A stretch of 64,000 nucleotides of DNA from Octopus bimaculoides (taxonomy: Eukaryota). Of this stretch, positions 1-12,200 are shown in pieces (position 1 is the stretch's first letter; each line of letters opens with the position of its first letter). Position numbers and translations under genes: made by a program. Location: the NCBI RefSeq assembly GCF_001194135.2, contig NC_068982.1:180502862-180566861 (forward strand). The letters run 5' to 3'. The notes beneath the pieces are model-generated. The model worked only from the letters and a program-made list of their open reading frames with translations, was not told the origin of the DNA and made no database searches.

Positions 1-178
1 ATCCAAGCATCCGAAGGACCCAACTCTCAGACAAATACAGGAGTACGTCATCATAAATGAAACATCTCCTGTGCTACATAGGAGATACACATAGAAGGTA
101 GTGATATTCCAATACCCACAGTTTATACATATTATACATACACGGGTAGATTAGTTAGTAGGCTGATATGTAGACGAA

Positions 179-1098
179 NNNNNNNNNNNNNNNNNNNNNN
201 NNNNNNNNNNNNNNNNNNNNNNNNNNNNNNNNNNNNNNNNNNNNNNNNNNNNNNNNNNNNNNNNNNNNNNNNNNNNNNNNNNNNNNNNNNNNNNNNNNNN
301 NNNNNNNNNNNNNNNNNNNNNNNNNNNNNNNNNNNNNNNNNNNNNNNNNNNNNNNNNNNNNNNNNNNNNNNNNNNNNNNNNNNNNNNNNNNNNNNNNNNN
401 NNNNNNNNNNNNNNNNNNNNNNNNNNNNNNNNNNNNNNNNNNNNNNNNNNNNNNNNNNNNNNNNNNNNNNNNNNNNNNNNNNNNNNNNNNNNNNNNNNNN
501 NNNNNNNNNNNNNNNNNNNNNNNNNNNNNNNNNNNNNNNNNNNNNNNNNNNNNNNNNNNNNNNNNNNNNNNNNNNNNNNNNNNNNNNNNNNNNNNNNNNN
601 NNNNNNNNNNNNNNNNNNNNNNNNNNNNNNNNNNNNNNNNNNNNNNNNNNNNNNNNNNNNNNNNNNNNNNNNNNNNNNNNNNNNNNNNNNNNNNNNNNNN
701 NNNNNNNNNNNNNNNNNNNNNNNNNNNNNNNNNNNNNNNNNNNNNNNNNNNNNNNNNNNNNNNNNNNNNNNNNNNNNNNNNNNNNNNNNNNNNNNNNNNN
801 NNNNNNNNNNNNNNNNNNNNNNNNNNNNNNNNNNNNNNNNNNNNNNNNNNNNNNNNNNNNNNNNNNNNNNNNNNNNNNNNNNNNNNNNNNNNNNNNNNNN
901 NNNNNNNNNNNNNNNNNNNNNNNNNNNNNNNNNNNNNNNNNNNNNNNNNNNNNNNNNNNNNNNNNNNNNNNNNNNNNNNNNNNNNNNNNNNNNNNNNNNN
1001 NNNNNNNNNNNNNNNNNNNNNNNNNNNNNNNNNNNNNNNNNNNNNNNNNNNNNNNNNNNNNNNNNNNNNNNNNNNNNNNNNNNNNNNNNNNNNNNNNN
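179..1098. other. Assembly gap (largest of 12)
   Basis: N run. Other gaps: 3319-3328, 15901-16312, 18889-19188, 21415-21833, 22370-22658, 27977-28398, 32299-32379, 36006-36098, 51777-52105, 60066-60201, 61147-61478. Nearly all abut (TA)n/(TG)n, as expected for short-read assembly failure at microsatellites. Confidence 0.99.
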
Positions 1099-2854
1099 TA
1101 TATATATATATATATATTCTTATATATACGTATACATGTATGTATGGATGTATACGTATGTATATATGGCGAGTTCATCAAATCACATTCACAGTCTTGA
1201 TTGTAAACTCCAACAGACAGAAAGAAAAGGACAATGTGTAACTACCGTCATCTCGAGTTGAGGAGCGCGAGATGCAATCCTGTTATCTACACTACCAAAA
1301 AAACCCCACTGTTGTTTGTGTTCCATATTCCAATCAGCTAGCATTATATATATTCGCTGGAATTTAGCCGACATCTGCATCATGCTGAGAATATATGTAG
1401 GAAACACCTCACACACGCATACCGATTCCCATTTACACGTATATAGGTATACATTTCGAAAAGAGAATATTATCATTATATTTTATTTGATTGTACACTT
1501 TTAGCAATAAATATATATTGAAAGGTTTCACGAAAAATAACGTCCTTGTGAAGTAGAGGTCCGATAACATTGGTTAAATATGTAAATGTTCACGTTAGAG
1601 TAAAAGCATCGAAGATTAATTGCAATCTGTTAAACAGTTCTGTTGTCAGGTTTCGATGCTTGACTGAGGAATTCTCACATTGATTAATCCGGCAATGCAT
1701 GCCATATGCGTCTATGCATTATCTGTGACATGCACGTTTTAGCCAAACAGCCATGTCTACGCTAATAAACCCTGCACGAGGCTGTACGCTGTTCGTAGAG
1801 AAACAGATAAAAAATCAATAGTTTACAGCCTACTTTTGGCAATCATTTCCTTCTTTAGGATCAATATTAGTCCTTGCACGTCTTCCAGTTTGGATCTTTT
1901 TCTTTCATGTTGGCATGTCTTATACATTCTACGTTGTTACTAACCACATATTTCAATGCTTCACTTGGTTCTGGCTTTAGAATATTCTCATTGGTTTCGT
2001 CTCAAATATTTAATTACTTGACCAGAAAAGTAACTTTACTACCTCATTTATCTATATAAAACTTAATGTAAATGTCAGAACCAAACACTTTTATGGTCTG
2101 AACAGGTCTTGATATATTTATGTTATATAATCTGTATATAACATTCTGTATTTCAGTATTTCCTATATATTCCTAGATATTTTCCGCGATTTTGAAATTT
2201 TGCAAGTTGATTTATCTTTAAATGTCATTGTCCACTATTTGCATTTAAAAGCTACAATGCAAAATCACATCAGTTTATATATATAATTAAATCAGGGAAA
2301 TCAAACCTTCTTAGAGAGATGTCAGTATCCTAGTTCCCCGGTTTTATCTAGTGTATCAATGAAAAACCAAAATGGTAGCTTCGCATTGATATTATTGTTT
2401 ATGTATCAGAAAAAGAAAACGGAGAAATTATCAGAACATATTTTAATTCCAAACAAAGAGACTCTTAGAACCTACAATTGTTTCCATACCCAATTAATAC
2501 AATTTGGGAAATAAAAATAAAATAACATAAAATTAATGTTTTCTATCCAATTTGCTAACTGAGCATTTCGTCAGGGGAAGAAGTTGATAGAAGGAACTAC
2601 ATTCCAATGTGTTGGTAGATCATTGATAGTATCAAATATGTGCGCATTTGCATTCGATGTATTTAAAAAAAAAACGTTACTTATGTATATGTTTATGCAA
2701 ATTTGTTTAATGCCTTTGTGCGTATGCGTATGTAATGTTTCAAAAAATAGATAACAATAATAATAATGATATGCAAAATATGAAAACCAATTTATTGCTT
2801 CGTACGTCGAATAATACTCATAAAATTTGTAATACCAATAATTGAATAAAACGA

Positions 2855-2890
2855 CACACCCCATATATATGTACACACACACACACATAC

Positions 2891-2945
<55 letters not shown>
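2855..2945. repeat. (CA)n microsatellite
   Basis: Direct reading. Similar (CA)/(TG) tracts at about 3405-3460, 18853-18888, 28455-28510, 30345-30410, 32380-32435, 34770-34815, 36285-36325, 49845-49915 and 50732-50797. Confidence 0.97.
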
Positions 2946-2952
<7 letters not shown>

Positions 2953-3286
2953 TATATACATATACTTATATATACGTGTGTGTGTAATAAGGTTCGAAAA
3001 TTGTAACTTCTGATAAGTGCAATATTATTTGTGGTCCGTGGGAAGAGTCATTTTAACGATGCGTCCTGCCCTAACTCTTCGAAACGCCTGTGTTAGAATG
3101 GGGGTAGCTGATGAAGGAAAATGTTCTCTATGTGGCCTGTGTGTTTTCTGTACTCTAGTTATTATTATTTCTTTTGTCTACGTTTTGTTTGCAATGTCCC
3201 GTACCCAGATGTGCACCTATATATACAGGTAGACGTAGGTATGCACATGCCTGTACGTATATATGCATATACTCAGTTATTATTTG

Positions 3287-3318
<32 letters not shown>

Positions 3319-3400
3319 NNNNNNNNNNTATCATTACAACATACATACCTACATACATACATTCATATAATTACATACGTGCATACAGGCAAATAAACAT

Positions 3401-3465
<65 letters not shown>

Positions 3466-4019
3466 AGGTCATTGTATATCGACTTCGTGAATAACAGTGA
3501 AGCACTTAGCGATGAAATGACCCAATATTTAATGTAGATTAAAATATTGTTTTTTGGGGGACTTCTAATTTTGCCTAACGTCTTATTTTTTTCCACTCAG
3601 ATTAGTCTTGTTGAATCACTATTTATATATGCTGGTGCGCGTGTATTTACAGCACATATTTAATTACTTTTGCCTGCAATAGTTATTTTTCAAGTCATTG
3701 CTTGCTATTAAGACTTCTTTTAAGAGCGGAAACTATACATCGATCGACGTTGTTTTTATTTAAGAAGCAAGGAACATTTAAGGAATAATAAGCGAACAGA
3801 CCCGTAAGACAAGAAAATGATAGTTTATTTGTATACACGGGAATAATCATTAAGTAGAAATTAACATGAGTGGTTAGTATGCAATTCGTTATGCCTAATT
3901 TGATAACCTAAGATGCGGATAAGAACAGTTCATAATTTACATTTATCGGTATTTACGTTCCGTTTTGATTTAGATAGCTTTACCACACATTTAGATATTT
4001 GATTTAGATAGCTTTATCA

Positions 4020-4800
4020 CATATGATGACCTCGAAAAATAGGTGTACATAACTTCTAGTAATGGTTTTCTAACACTTGTTAATCTATGCAGCAGAGTCT
4101 ATTGAGTTTCATAAGTTTGGCCACAGGTTCTGTATTAAGAATCAGGTTAGACACGTTAATGCTATTTTCAGGCAACTTGTTATGTTCTGTCGGAACTCTT
4201 TCTTCATGCTGCTCTCGACCTTATTTGGAGTACCTCCTGGCGGACTTGGTCCCTAATTGGATTGCCGCTATGTGTTTTCGACCATTGCAAAATACTATTG
4301 TTAGCATATTAAAGATTTGCTACTAATTATTCAATTTCTAAAACCTAAAAGCCTAATCCTTAATATAGATATATGTCCTCCACAATATTCTTTCAGGGTA
4401 TGTTCATTCCTGTAATCACATTTCTTTTTTGCTGATATTTTTATTGGTACTTTTCTGATTGAAATTTTTTTTTGTTGCTTTTCTCTGTTTTGCAATTCTA
4501 CATGAAACTCCATTGTAGTTTTATAGATAATAGGTTGTTTTACTTAAATACAAGCTAAATCCCCCTCTATTGTTTTCAAAGTAGATTCTAATTTCATAAT
4601 TGAGAAGCTTATAGCTGTATTCTATTTATACGTGACTTTTATCAATATTTTTTTCTTTTGTATATATTCTTAGATAGCCAACTGAAATTCAAAGGGGCTA
4701 TTTCGCTATGAATATTGTGCTCGTTCATTCTTTATTTCTATTTTTATTTCACTTATTCCATTTTTCTAATCTCAAGTGATCTGTAATGTGGCTATAAAAG
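4020..4800 (-). mobile_element. Decayed CR1/L2-type LINE ORF2 relic (linker to RT start)
   Basis: Minus-strand reading NLILNTEPVAKLMKLNRLCCID resembles the I...V.KLL.KL...K..G.D.I segment preceding the RT. Many stops. Confidence 0.45.
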
Positions 4801-4920
4801 AGATTATTTCTATAATTAGCAAGGTGGCAGTATCATTAGCACGCCGGACAAAATACTTAGCCGTTTCTTCTTCGTCTTCTTAGAATTTCAGTTGATTAGA
4901 TAATATATAGTGAGTAGAAG

Positions 4921-5092
4921 GAGGCGAACCGGCTGAATTGCTGGCACGCCGGGGAGAATGCTTAGTGGCATCTCATTCGTCTACATACTGAGTTCAAATT
5001 TCGCCGAGGTCGATTTTTTTCTTCGTTCTTTCGGGATCGATAAAATAAAAACCGATTGAGCACTGGGGGATCGATGTAATAGACTAGTCCCT
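4921..5092 (+). mobile_element. tRNA-derived SINE, family A (partial copy also at about 4820-4890)
   Basis: GGCGAACCGGCTGAATT head, GAGTTCAAATT B-box, and central TTTCGGGATCGATAAAATAA...CTGGGGGATCGATG domain, shared with the other copies in the window. Confidence 0.85.
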
Positions 5093-5129
5093 TTCTTCTT
5101 CTTATTTTTTGGGCGCCTGGCACCTAGAA

Positions 5130-5630
5130 TGTCGCCAGGCTCTCACAACTCTCTATTAGCCAAGCCATGGGATCGGTGAATATTCCGCTTTAGAAATTTA
5201 TAGAGGATTAGTGGCGAGGAAGTGCGACGACATTCTCGGAGAGACTCTGGGTGCCGACGAGAACGAACTGAGTAGTTTGTTCCGGAGGACTCCCCTGTCG
5301 GGAACTATTATGGATGATTTCCAAATATCTTTGGCTTGGCATTGCTACTAGGGGTGGGGCGCTACCGATTTGAAATAAACTCTACAGGCACGGATGTGCT
5401 GTCAGACGGGCTTTTTCGAAGTGCGCGTAGAGTGGCGAAACCTTTCTGCACGCCTTCATTCACTGTTCGAGCATTGCTTGTGGGGTTATGTCGAACAACT
5501 GCTGTCATGTGTGGAATGGATCCGTCTGTCGGCCGAGGCTGTAGAGATGATGGCACCGTTTCCCTCCTTCAATCGGGCAGGCGAGGCAGGTTTCCTTTGC
5601 TTGGTGGCTGTGGCAAGAGAGCTTGTTTAA
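5130..5630 (+). mobile_element. L1/Tx1-type LINE ORF2 C-terminal fragment
   Basis: GC-richer block translating (with frameshifts) as YRGLVARKCDDILGETLGADENELSSLFRRT...DDFQISLAWHCY...LHSLFEHCLWGYVEQLLSCVEWIRLSAEAV...FLCLVAVARELV. This resembles the post-RT/zinc-knuckle region of Tx1-clade ORF2. Confidence 0.7.
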
Positions 5631-5644
5631 TTATTATCATTATT

Positions 5645-5677
<33 letters not shown>

Positions 5678-5684
5678 ATTATTA

Positions 5685-5739
<55 letters not shown>

Positions 5740-5748
5740 TGTTGTTGT

Positions 5749-5788
<40 letters not shown>

Positions 5789-5789
5789 A

Positions 5790-5843
<54 letters not shown>
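5628..5843. repeat. Compound (ATT)n/(GTT)n microsatellite
   Basis: Direct reading. Similar tracts at 12745-12812, 61860-62030 and 63838-63918. Confidence 0.97.
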
Positions 5844-5844
<1 letters not shown>

Positions 5845-5845
5845 T

Positions 5846-6275
5846 GCGAGCTGGCAGAATCGTTACCATACCAGGCAAAATGCTTAGCAGCATTTTCTCT
5901 GTATCCACGTTCTGAGTTCAAATTCAGCCGAGATCGACTTTGCCTTTCATCCTTTCGGAGTCGATAAATTAAGTACCAGTGAAACATTGGGTTCGATGAA
6001 TTCGTCTAGTCCCCTCGCCAAGAGTTTCTGGCCTTGTGCCTACAGCAGAAAGGCTTACTGTTATTAGTAAGGCGCCGAGCTGGCAGAATCATTAGCACGC
6101 CGGACAAACTACTTAGTAGCGTTTTGTCTGTCTACGTTCCGAGTTTAAATTCTACCGAGGTCAACTTTGCCTTTCATCCTAATTAAGTACCAGTGAAACG
6201 CTGGTCTCGATGTAATAGACTAGTCCCTTCCCTAAAATTTCAGGCCTTGTATATATAGTAGAAAGGATTATTATT
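5846..6275 (+). mobile_element. Two head-to-tail family A SINEs (5846-6060, 6070-6275)
   Basis: Each has a GAGCTGGCAGAATC A-box head, a GAGTT(C/T)AAATT B-box, CTTTGCCTTTCATCCT and a GGCCTTGT...GAAAGG tail. Confidence 0.92.
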
Positions 6276-7019
6276 TTTATTGTTGCTGTGGTGATGGTGA
6301 TGGTAGTGTGTATTATTATCGAAAGTATTGACTACATTTCTAGCATAAACAATGTTATGTTCTATTTTTTTTTGTCACGTTTTTGTCAATTTTATTGACT
6401 GTCATTTACGCTATATTTCAGATTTATCTAATTGTGTTATTTTCTGTGATACAAACCGAGTGTACGCCTTGGTGATTTGGTCATATTTTGTATGTGCCAA
6501 GCTTTTCATCATTCTAAAGTTAACTCTTTTATATGGCTGATACCGTTTTTTCTAACTCTACACAATGGATATTTTTCTTTCTCGATATGCAGACACACAA
6601 ACACATACACTCACATTCACACACAGACACATGCACACACAGAGAAACACATGCACACACACACACACGTGTCTGCGTGCGTCAGTGTATATTGCTTATA
6701 TCCCTTCTTCAGTAACATGTTGCTGTCTATTAGAATAGATACGTCGAGATGCAGTTTTTCTTATGATATACATTATAAATAATGTCAGTGTGATTTCCTT
6801 TCAAGTGGCGTATGTATTCTCATTCGCTGCATATCTTTAGAGTCATCCATTTATTTCGAAAGTTCTCTCCATTTCTTCTAGATAAATATTGTTTTCAACA
6901 GAGATTTATATGCCAATCAGTCCGGGGAACGTATCTTTTATAATCGTCTTTGACAATAATTCTATTCGACTCCTCTTTATTTCACTGTCACATTGAATGA
7001 AATTCTCTCCTAATATTTA

Positions 7020-8100
7020 AGCGCATTTTTTTTTCTTTCCAAAGATGCTTTTCTATCACATGTTAATACTCATTTGCAAGAAGATGAAAAGACTTTCATG
7101 AGGTGTTGAATTTGTGGACTGAAGCAACAAGGATCGCTCCTTATATGCAGTGTTAACCAGAATAGTTTTTAGTGTGGAGATCGATATATGTCTACAATCT
7201 AATGTTATGGTTTTCCTAACAATACGACATAGCTCACACACTGTCTACTCCAGATTGGATAGTGTGAACCATTCTTACGTAAAAATACAACTGCTGCCAT
7301 AACTTTATAAACAGTATTCGCCGTTTTGAGAGTTCTGCCAGTAGAAGCCAATAGAACTTGTTTTCTTTTTAATTAAAACCTTGATTTAAACTGATTTACC
7401 GATTGAAATAACCTTCAATTAAATTCACTAAAATCTCTACAGGCGTCTATCAATACAGAATACACAGCAGCTGCAGAATCACATGGAGATTCAGCAATTT
7501 CTAATATTGTTATAATAACGTTAAATTATTACAGGGGGCGGGGTAGTTCTAATACATCTACAATATATCATGTTAGCTGGGGGTGGAGTTGGTTTCGGAG
7601 CTCGCAAGTTGCTAGCTGAGTTTTTCTAAGCTCTCCAATTAATTTAACTTCTAGTATATATTGTCGAAGCTGTTATTTATAATTGGGTGTATTTATAGTC
7701 TGTCTTATTTCTAGCAGTGATTTCAGTTTTTAAATTTGGTCTGACGCCTTTCTAACACTCATTTATAATTTTATTTTCATTTTTGCGTGTTATATTGCAT
7801 AAGAGTTATCTACTCTGAAATATTAGTGTAAACAGTTCTAGTTCAATTGTTTTATTTCTATGACTCTCTATTACAATTTTCTCAGGTTAAAGTAATTTGT
7901 GTCTACATTAGTAGAGACAAATTACTTAAATCTGAGAAGATTGCAATGACACATTTCTCTAATTCCACATTTCATTTTATGTCTTGGTTGAATTCCTAAA
8001 AGAATTCAGGTTTTTCAACTGGATATTATCCCATGCAACTATTTTAAAGTCATACATATACAAGGGATTGCTTATAACAGGTCCAGAATCTATCAAAGAT
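7020..8100 (-). mobile_element. Decayed CR1/L2-type LINE RT relic
   Basis: Minus-strand remnants resemble the GP.LF..YIND region (about 7530) and the C-terminal LYK.LVRP.LEY region (RIVRKTITLD...STLKTILVNTAY). Riddled with stops. Confidence 0.5.
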
Positions 8101-8248
8101 CTCTTAAAGTAGTGAGATCTAAAAAGAGAAGAGCTTATATTATTATTAACATACATCCGAGTTTCATAATTAGATCAACCATCAAGCTTGGAGTCGACAT
8201 GCTCGATGTATGTGCCGATATAAGAAATTATTATTGCTGTTCCTATTC

Positions 8249-8456
8249 GGTGAATTGGCAGAATAGTTAGAGCGCCTGAAAAAATTTTTGCGATTCCAAC
8301 TCTTTTCGTTCTGAATTCAAATCCCATTAAGGACAACATTGTCCTTCATGCCTTCTGAATCCATAAAATAGATTAACAGTAATATACTGGAGTCGACGGT
8401 ATCGACAAAATTACTGCCTCCAAAACTGCTGTCCTTCTGCCTAAAATCAGAAACTT
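8249..8456 (+). mobile_element. Degenerate family A SINE
   Basis: GGTGAATTGGCAGAATAGTTAG head, CTGAATTCAAATCC B-box and CTGGAGTCGAC core remnants. Confidence 0.65.
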
Positions 8457-8852
8457 AATTCTTTTTGAACTTAGGTAGTGCGGGAGACATAATTGTCTCT
8501 TCTTGTGAATTTGAGAAAAGGAGGATAACTGCAGCGAAAAGGGTTAATGTAACGTGAACTTGGGTGTATAAGTTTTCCTGAGTAGGTGGATGTCATCCTG
8601 TATCAGAAAGACTGTGACTACCATGCATTAAGATATCCAGTCCAAGTTTTATCTCATACACTTGCCTTCGTTCTACGGGTTTATGCAAACTGCCCCGTTA
8701 TATGCGGTATAACTTTGTAATTTTTCTTTTATCCGACATAGATTATCATCATCATCTTTTATCCAACATAAATCATCATCATCATCATCATCGACATCAC
8801 TATCGTTATCTGAAATGGAAGAATATGCAGTTGATTAATGCGAAGGCAGTGG

Positions 8853-10979
8853 GGATCTGTTCAGTTTCAATCACAGATTTAAAAATTAATTTTTTAAAAA
8901 TTAAACAGATTGAAACTCCGTATACTGGTAGAATTTCTCACGTAGAACACGGTTTACTCTGAACGTTTTTGACAAAATTTCGTATTTTAGAAGTTATTTT
9001 GTGTTAAAGTTGTATTTCGTTAATTTTAAGTAATCAATTACACTTAGTTCAAGAAATGTACTGCTGTTTGCGGAAGTACAACAACTTCCGGGGTCATCTC
9101 TACTAAATGCATTTTTCAACCGCGAGTGGTTTATTCGGATGGTTCTTTAGCTTGGCCGCTGTGTTTTGGGATATATTTACTTACTGCCTGTGATTATTTT
9201 CACCACTCTATTCTATTTTATTTTTGCTTACTTGCCTGCGTTAATGTCGAGATTTATTTTCGCCAACTTTCGTTTACTTGCCTGCGTTAATGTCGAGATT
9301 TATTTTCGCCAACTTTCGTTTACTTGCCTGCGATAATTTCGGGATCTATTTTCACCAACTTTTCTTTACTTTCCTGCGTTAATTTGTATATGTTACACCT
9401 GCCTGGTTATTTTTTTATATGCGCGAGCTGTGTATGTATTGCCATGAAATCTTACAGTGCATTTCAAAGTTTAATATCCTGCATTAAAATTGATTTAATC
9501 TGCTTGTATTTTTCAATGTATCCCTGCTTTCGTATGCGTTACACGTGCCTGGTTATTTTTTATATGCACCTCTGCCCGAACTCTATATGTACTGCTATGA
9601 AATCTTATAATGCATTTCAAAGTTTAACATTCCGCATTAAAATTGATTTAATCTCTATCCATTTTTGTCTTTTTTTCTTTTGTGTACATCGTATACATGC
9701 TTCGTTATGTGTTAGGTTAGGTTTAGAGCTATGGTTTAGAATTAGGGTTAAATAACATGCTAAAGTTTAAATGGCCACGTATACTGTATGCTAAAGTGGC
9801 ACTAAAGATTAATTGAAACAGATTACCTATCAGAAATAAAGTCATGAAAGAGTTATCAGTGTCAGCACACTTTATTTCACATTTTCATGTTTTTGAGGGC
9901 AATAAAATAAAATACGAGATACGTAAGTACTGGGTCAATATACTTGACTAATTGTGTGCTCCTATAAATTTCCTTGCTTTGTGCCTCTGTTAGAAATTCT
10001 TATTAGTACTATTACTTAGTGCGAGTAATAGAAAAATGGTGTTTAGAAAACATTTGCAAGCTTCCTCAAACTGTTAATGTAAATGTAGATGATGTTTTTT
10101 CAACTTCTGTAAATTAACGTCTGAGAAAAAAGTGATTCCTTGTAGAGGTTGCCATTCTAGAGGGAAATGATTGGATAAAATATTTAGTGTAAAGTTTGAG
10201 CTGTGAGACATGTTAAAGATGATGATGTGGGTTCAGTTTGATATAGTATACAGCTTATTAATTCACAAGAATAGCAGAGGCTGCTGTTTTTTCTTTTATT
10301 TAACTTTTTCTCTGTTTTATTTGAACAATAAAACAGAACTAATAAGAATTTCTAACAAAGGCACAAGCAAGAATTTTTTTAGGAGGACACAATTAGTCAA
10401 CTACATTGACCCAGTACTTACATATCTAGTATTTTATTTTATTGCCCTCGGAAACATACAAAAGCAGCAGGGATACATTGACAAAAACAAGCTGAGATTA
10501 TATCAATTTTAATGCACGATATTAAACTTTGAAATGCACTGTAAGATTTCATAGCAGTACATACACAATTCGGGCAGAGGTGCATATAAAAAAATAACCA
10601 GGCACGTGTAACACATACAAATTATAACAGGCAAATAAACAAAAATAGAATAGAACAGTGCGGTGAAAATAATCACTGGCAATAGGTTAAAATATCCAGA
10701 AACACAGCAGCGAAGCTAAAGAACCATCCGAATAAACCACTCGCGGCTGAAAAATGCATTTAGTAGAGATGACCCGGAAGTTGTTGCTCTTCTACAAACA
10801 GCAGTACATTTCTTGAGCTAAATGTCATTGAATGGTTAAGATTACCCAAATACGAAATTTTGTCAAAAACGCTCAGAGTAAACCGTGTTCTACCTGAAAA
10901 ATTCTACCAGTATTCGAAGTTTCAAACTTTAATTTGAAAAAATTATTAAAAAATTCTGTGATTGAAACTGAATAGATCC
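8853..10979. mobile_element. Non-autonomous foldback / long-TIR DNA transposon with 8-bp TSD
   Basis: Left end GGATCTGTTCAGTTTCAATCACAG; right end CTGTGATTGAAACTGAATAGATCC. Identical GGCAGTGG at 8845-8852 and 10980-10987. The arms stay complementary inward to about 10010 and 10335. Confidence 0.9.
9228..9380 (+). repeat. 46-bp tandem repeat inside the foldback left arm
   Basis: Unit TTACTTGCCTGCGTTAATGTCGAGATTTATTTTCGCCAACTTTCGT starts at 9228 and 9274 (identical), 9320 (diverged) and 9366 (partial). Confidence 0.9.
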
Positions 10980-11190
10980 GGCAGTGGTTAAGTAGTATCG
11001 TTAAGGTATCGGACCAAATAATTTGCGGTTCTTTACGTTTTGAGTTCAAATCCCGCTGAAATTAACTTTCTCTTTTATCCTCCGAGGCAGAAAACAGAAA
11101 TCCATCAATGAAGTAGTGGAATCCATGTCGTCGACAAATCTTCCCTCATATTTCGGGCTTGTTGCCTATGTTAGAACAATGCATCATCAC
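10980..11190 (+). mobile_element. Degenerate family A SINE whose head abuts the foldback element
   Basis: TTTACGTTTTGAGTTCAAATCCCGCTGAAATTAACTTT...TTTATCCTCCGAGG follows the family A layout. Confidence 0.6.
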
Positions 11191-11299
11191 CCTCAGCACC
11201 ATCGTCACAGCTGACACCGTGGTAGTGGTGATTTTCTAATAGTTCTGTGCTCGTCTCGTCTTCACCATCAGCTTCAGCTCCGTGCTCTTGAGGTTAAAG

Positions 11300-12200
11300 C
11301 AGCATTGCCTTTCGGAAATGTGGATTTCTGTCTATATACTGCACCCGATTTTCGCTGTTGTGGATTTATTTTGTTGTTTCTGGCGTCATTTTAGTGTTTT
11401 TGCTGTTGTGTTATATACACAAGTTTCGTAAATGTTGCAGGTTGATCTTATATGTTCCACTTTCAGTGATTATGTAGAGTACGCTGCCTTACATTAACGG
11501 TTGCTCCAGTCAAGAATCTGAGTTAGATCATATGTTGATCATTTTATAAAATCTTCTCTGTGCAAAGTATGCGTGTATTATATGTTTAGTGGAAGAGAAT
11601 GTGTTTGTATTAGACGCGCTATTTATTAGCTGCTGATTGTATAGTGTAATAGCTGTGAAGTCTGGCTTATTCAGCTGAGAGTGTCTCAGTTAGGATGTGG
11701 GCTCTGCTTACTAGAGATAGCTTCAACAAGGTATGCAACAGGTGTAATGTAAGCCCTAATGTGATTATTATTATACTCTTGTGCTGTTTTGTTGTAATCA
11801 TATCTTGCGCTCAAGTTATTATTTTATTTGCAATGCTCCCATTTCCATGTCTCAACGTGCCTATTTCAATTTCAAAACCACTGTAAATTGACATTTTATA
11901 GATCTACATTTGGGCAATGCTTTGGTCAGAAAGAATTTTGGTGTGTATCAATACAGAGACATTTTCGTTCGACTAATAACATTATGAGAAGTGATTGTTT
12001 TGATCCTCTTGAAAAGAAAGAAAAGAAATGTAAGTTTGGTCTGGTACACTTTATATTCCTATAGCCCAGTTAATTTAACTGCCAATTCGATCGTGTTTAT
12101 GAAGTCTATGAATATACTTAAAGAAGGCAAGGACTAAGATGCTGGTAAACATGTCAATTGTCACATTGTTGCATTTACGTAGCCCTCATTTATGGGTAGG
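11300..12200 (-). mobile_element. Decayed RTE-like LINE relic
   Basis: Minus-strand remnants IYETCVYNTTAKTLK and EIHISERQC...LKLMVKTRR resemble the RTE C-terminal LYG.ETW and ISNEEV...VK.RR motifs. Weak. Confidence 0.35.

Noticed and set aside
132-1181. Long ORFs containing X runs (also 15630-16527, 18728-19295, 21239-21844, 22242-22755, 27880-28602, 51703-52309, 60980-61721)
   Set aside because: They are open only because they cross N-gaps and dinucleotide repeats.
1189-1476. 95-aa ORF and promoter-like CCAAT/CpG patch
   Set aside because: No recognisable domain or splice context. A single CCAAT is expected by chance.
1604-1660. 10-bp inverted repeat AAGCATCGAA/TTCGATGCTT, a possible pre-miRNA
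   Set aside because: Pairing collapses inside the 10-bp stem, and it matches no mature miRNA I know.
5336-5987. Overlapping ORFs with poly-I/L/N/V/Y runs (also 17797-18402, 48895-49179, 61787-62077, 63699-63920)
   Set aside because: Translations of trinucleotide microsatellites.
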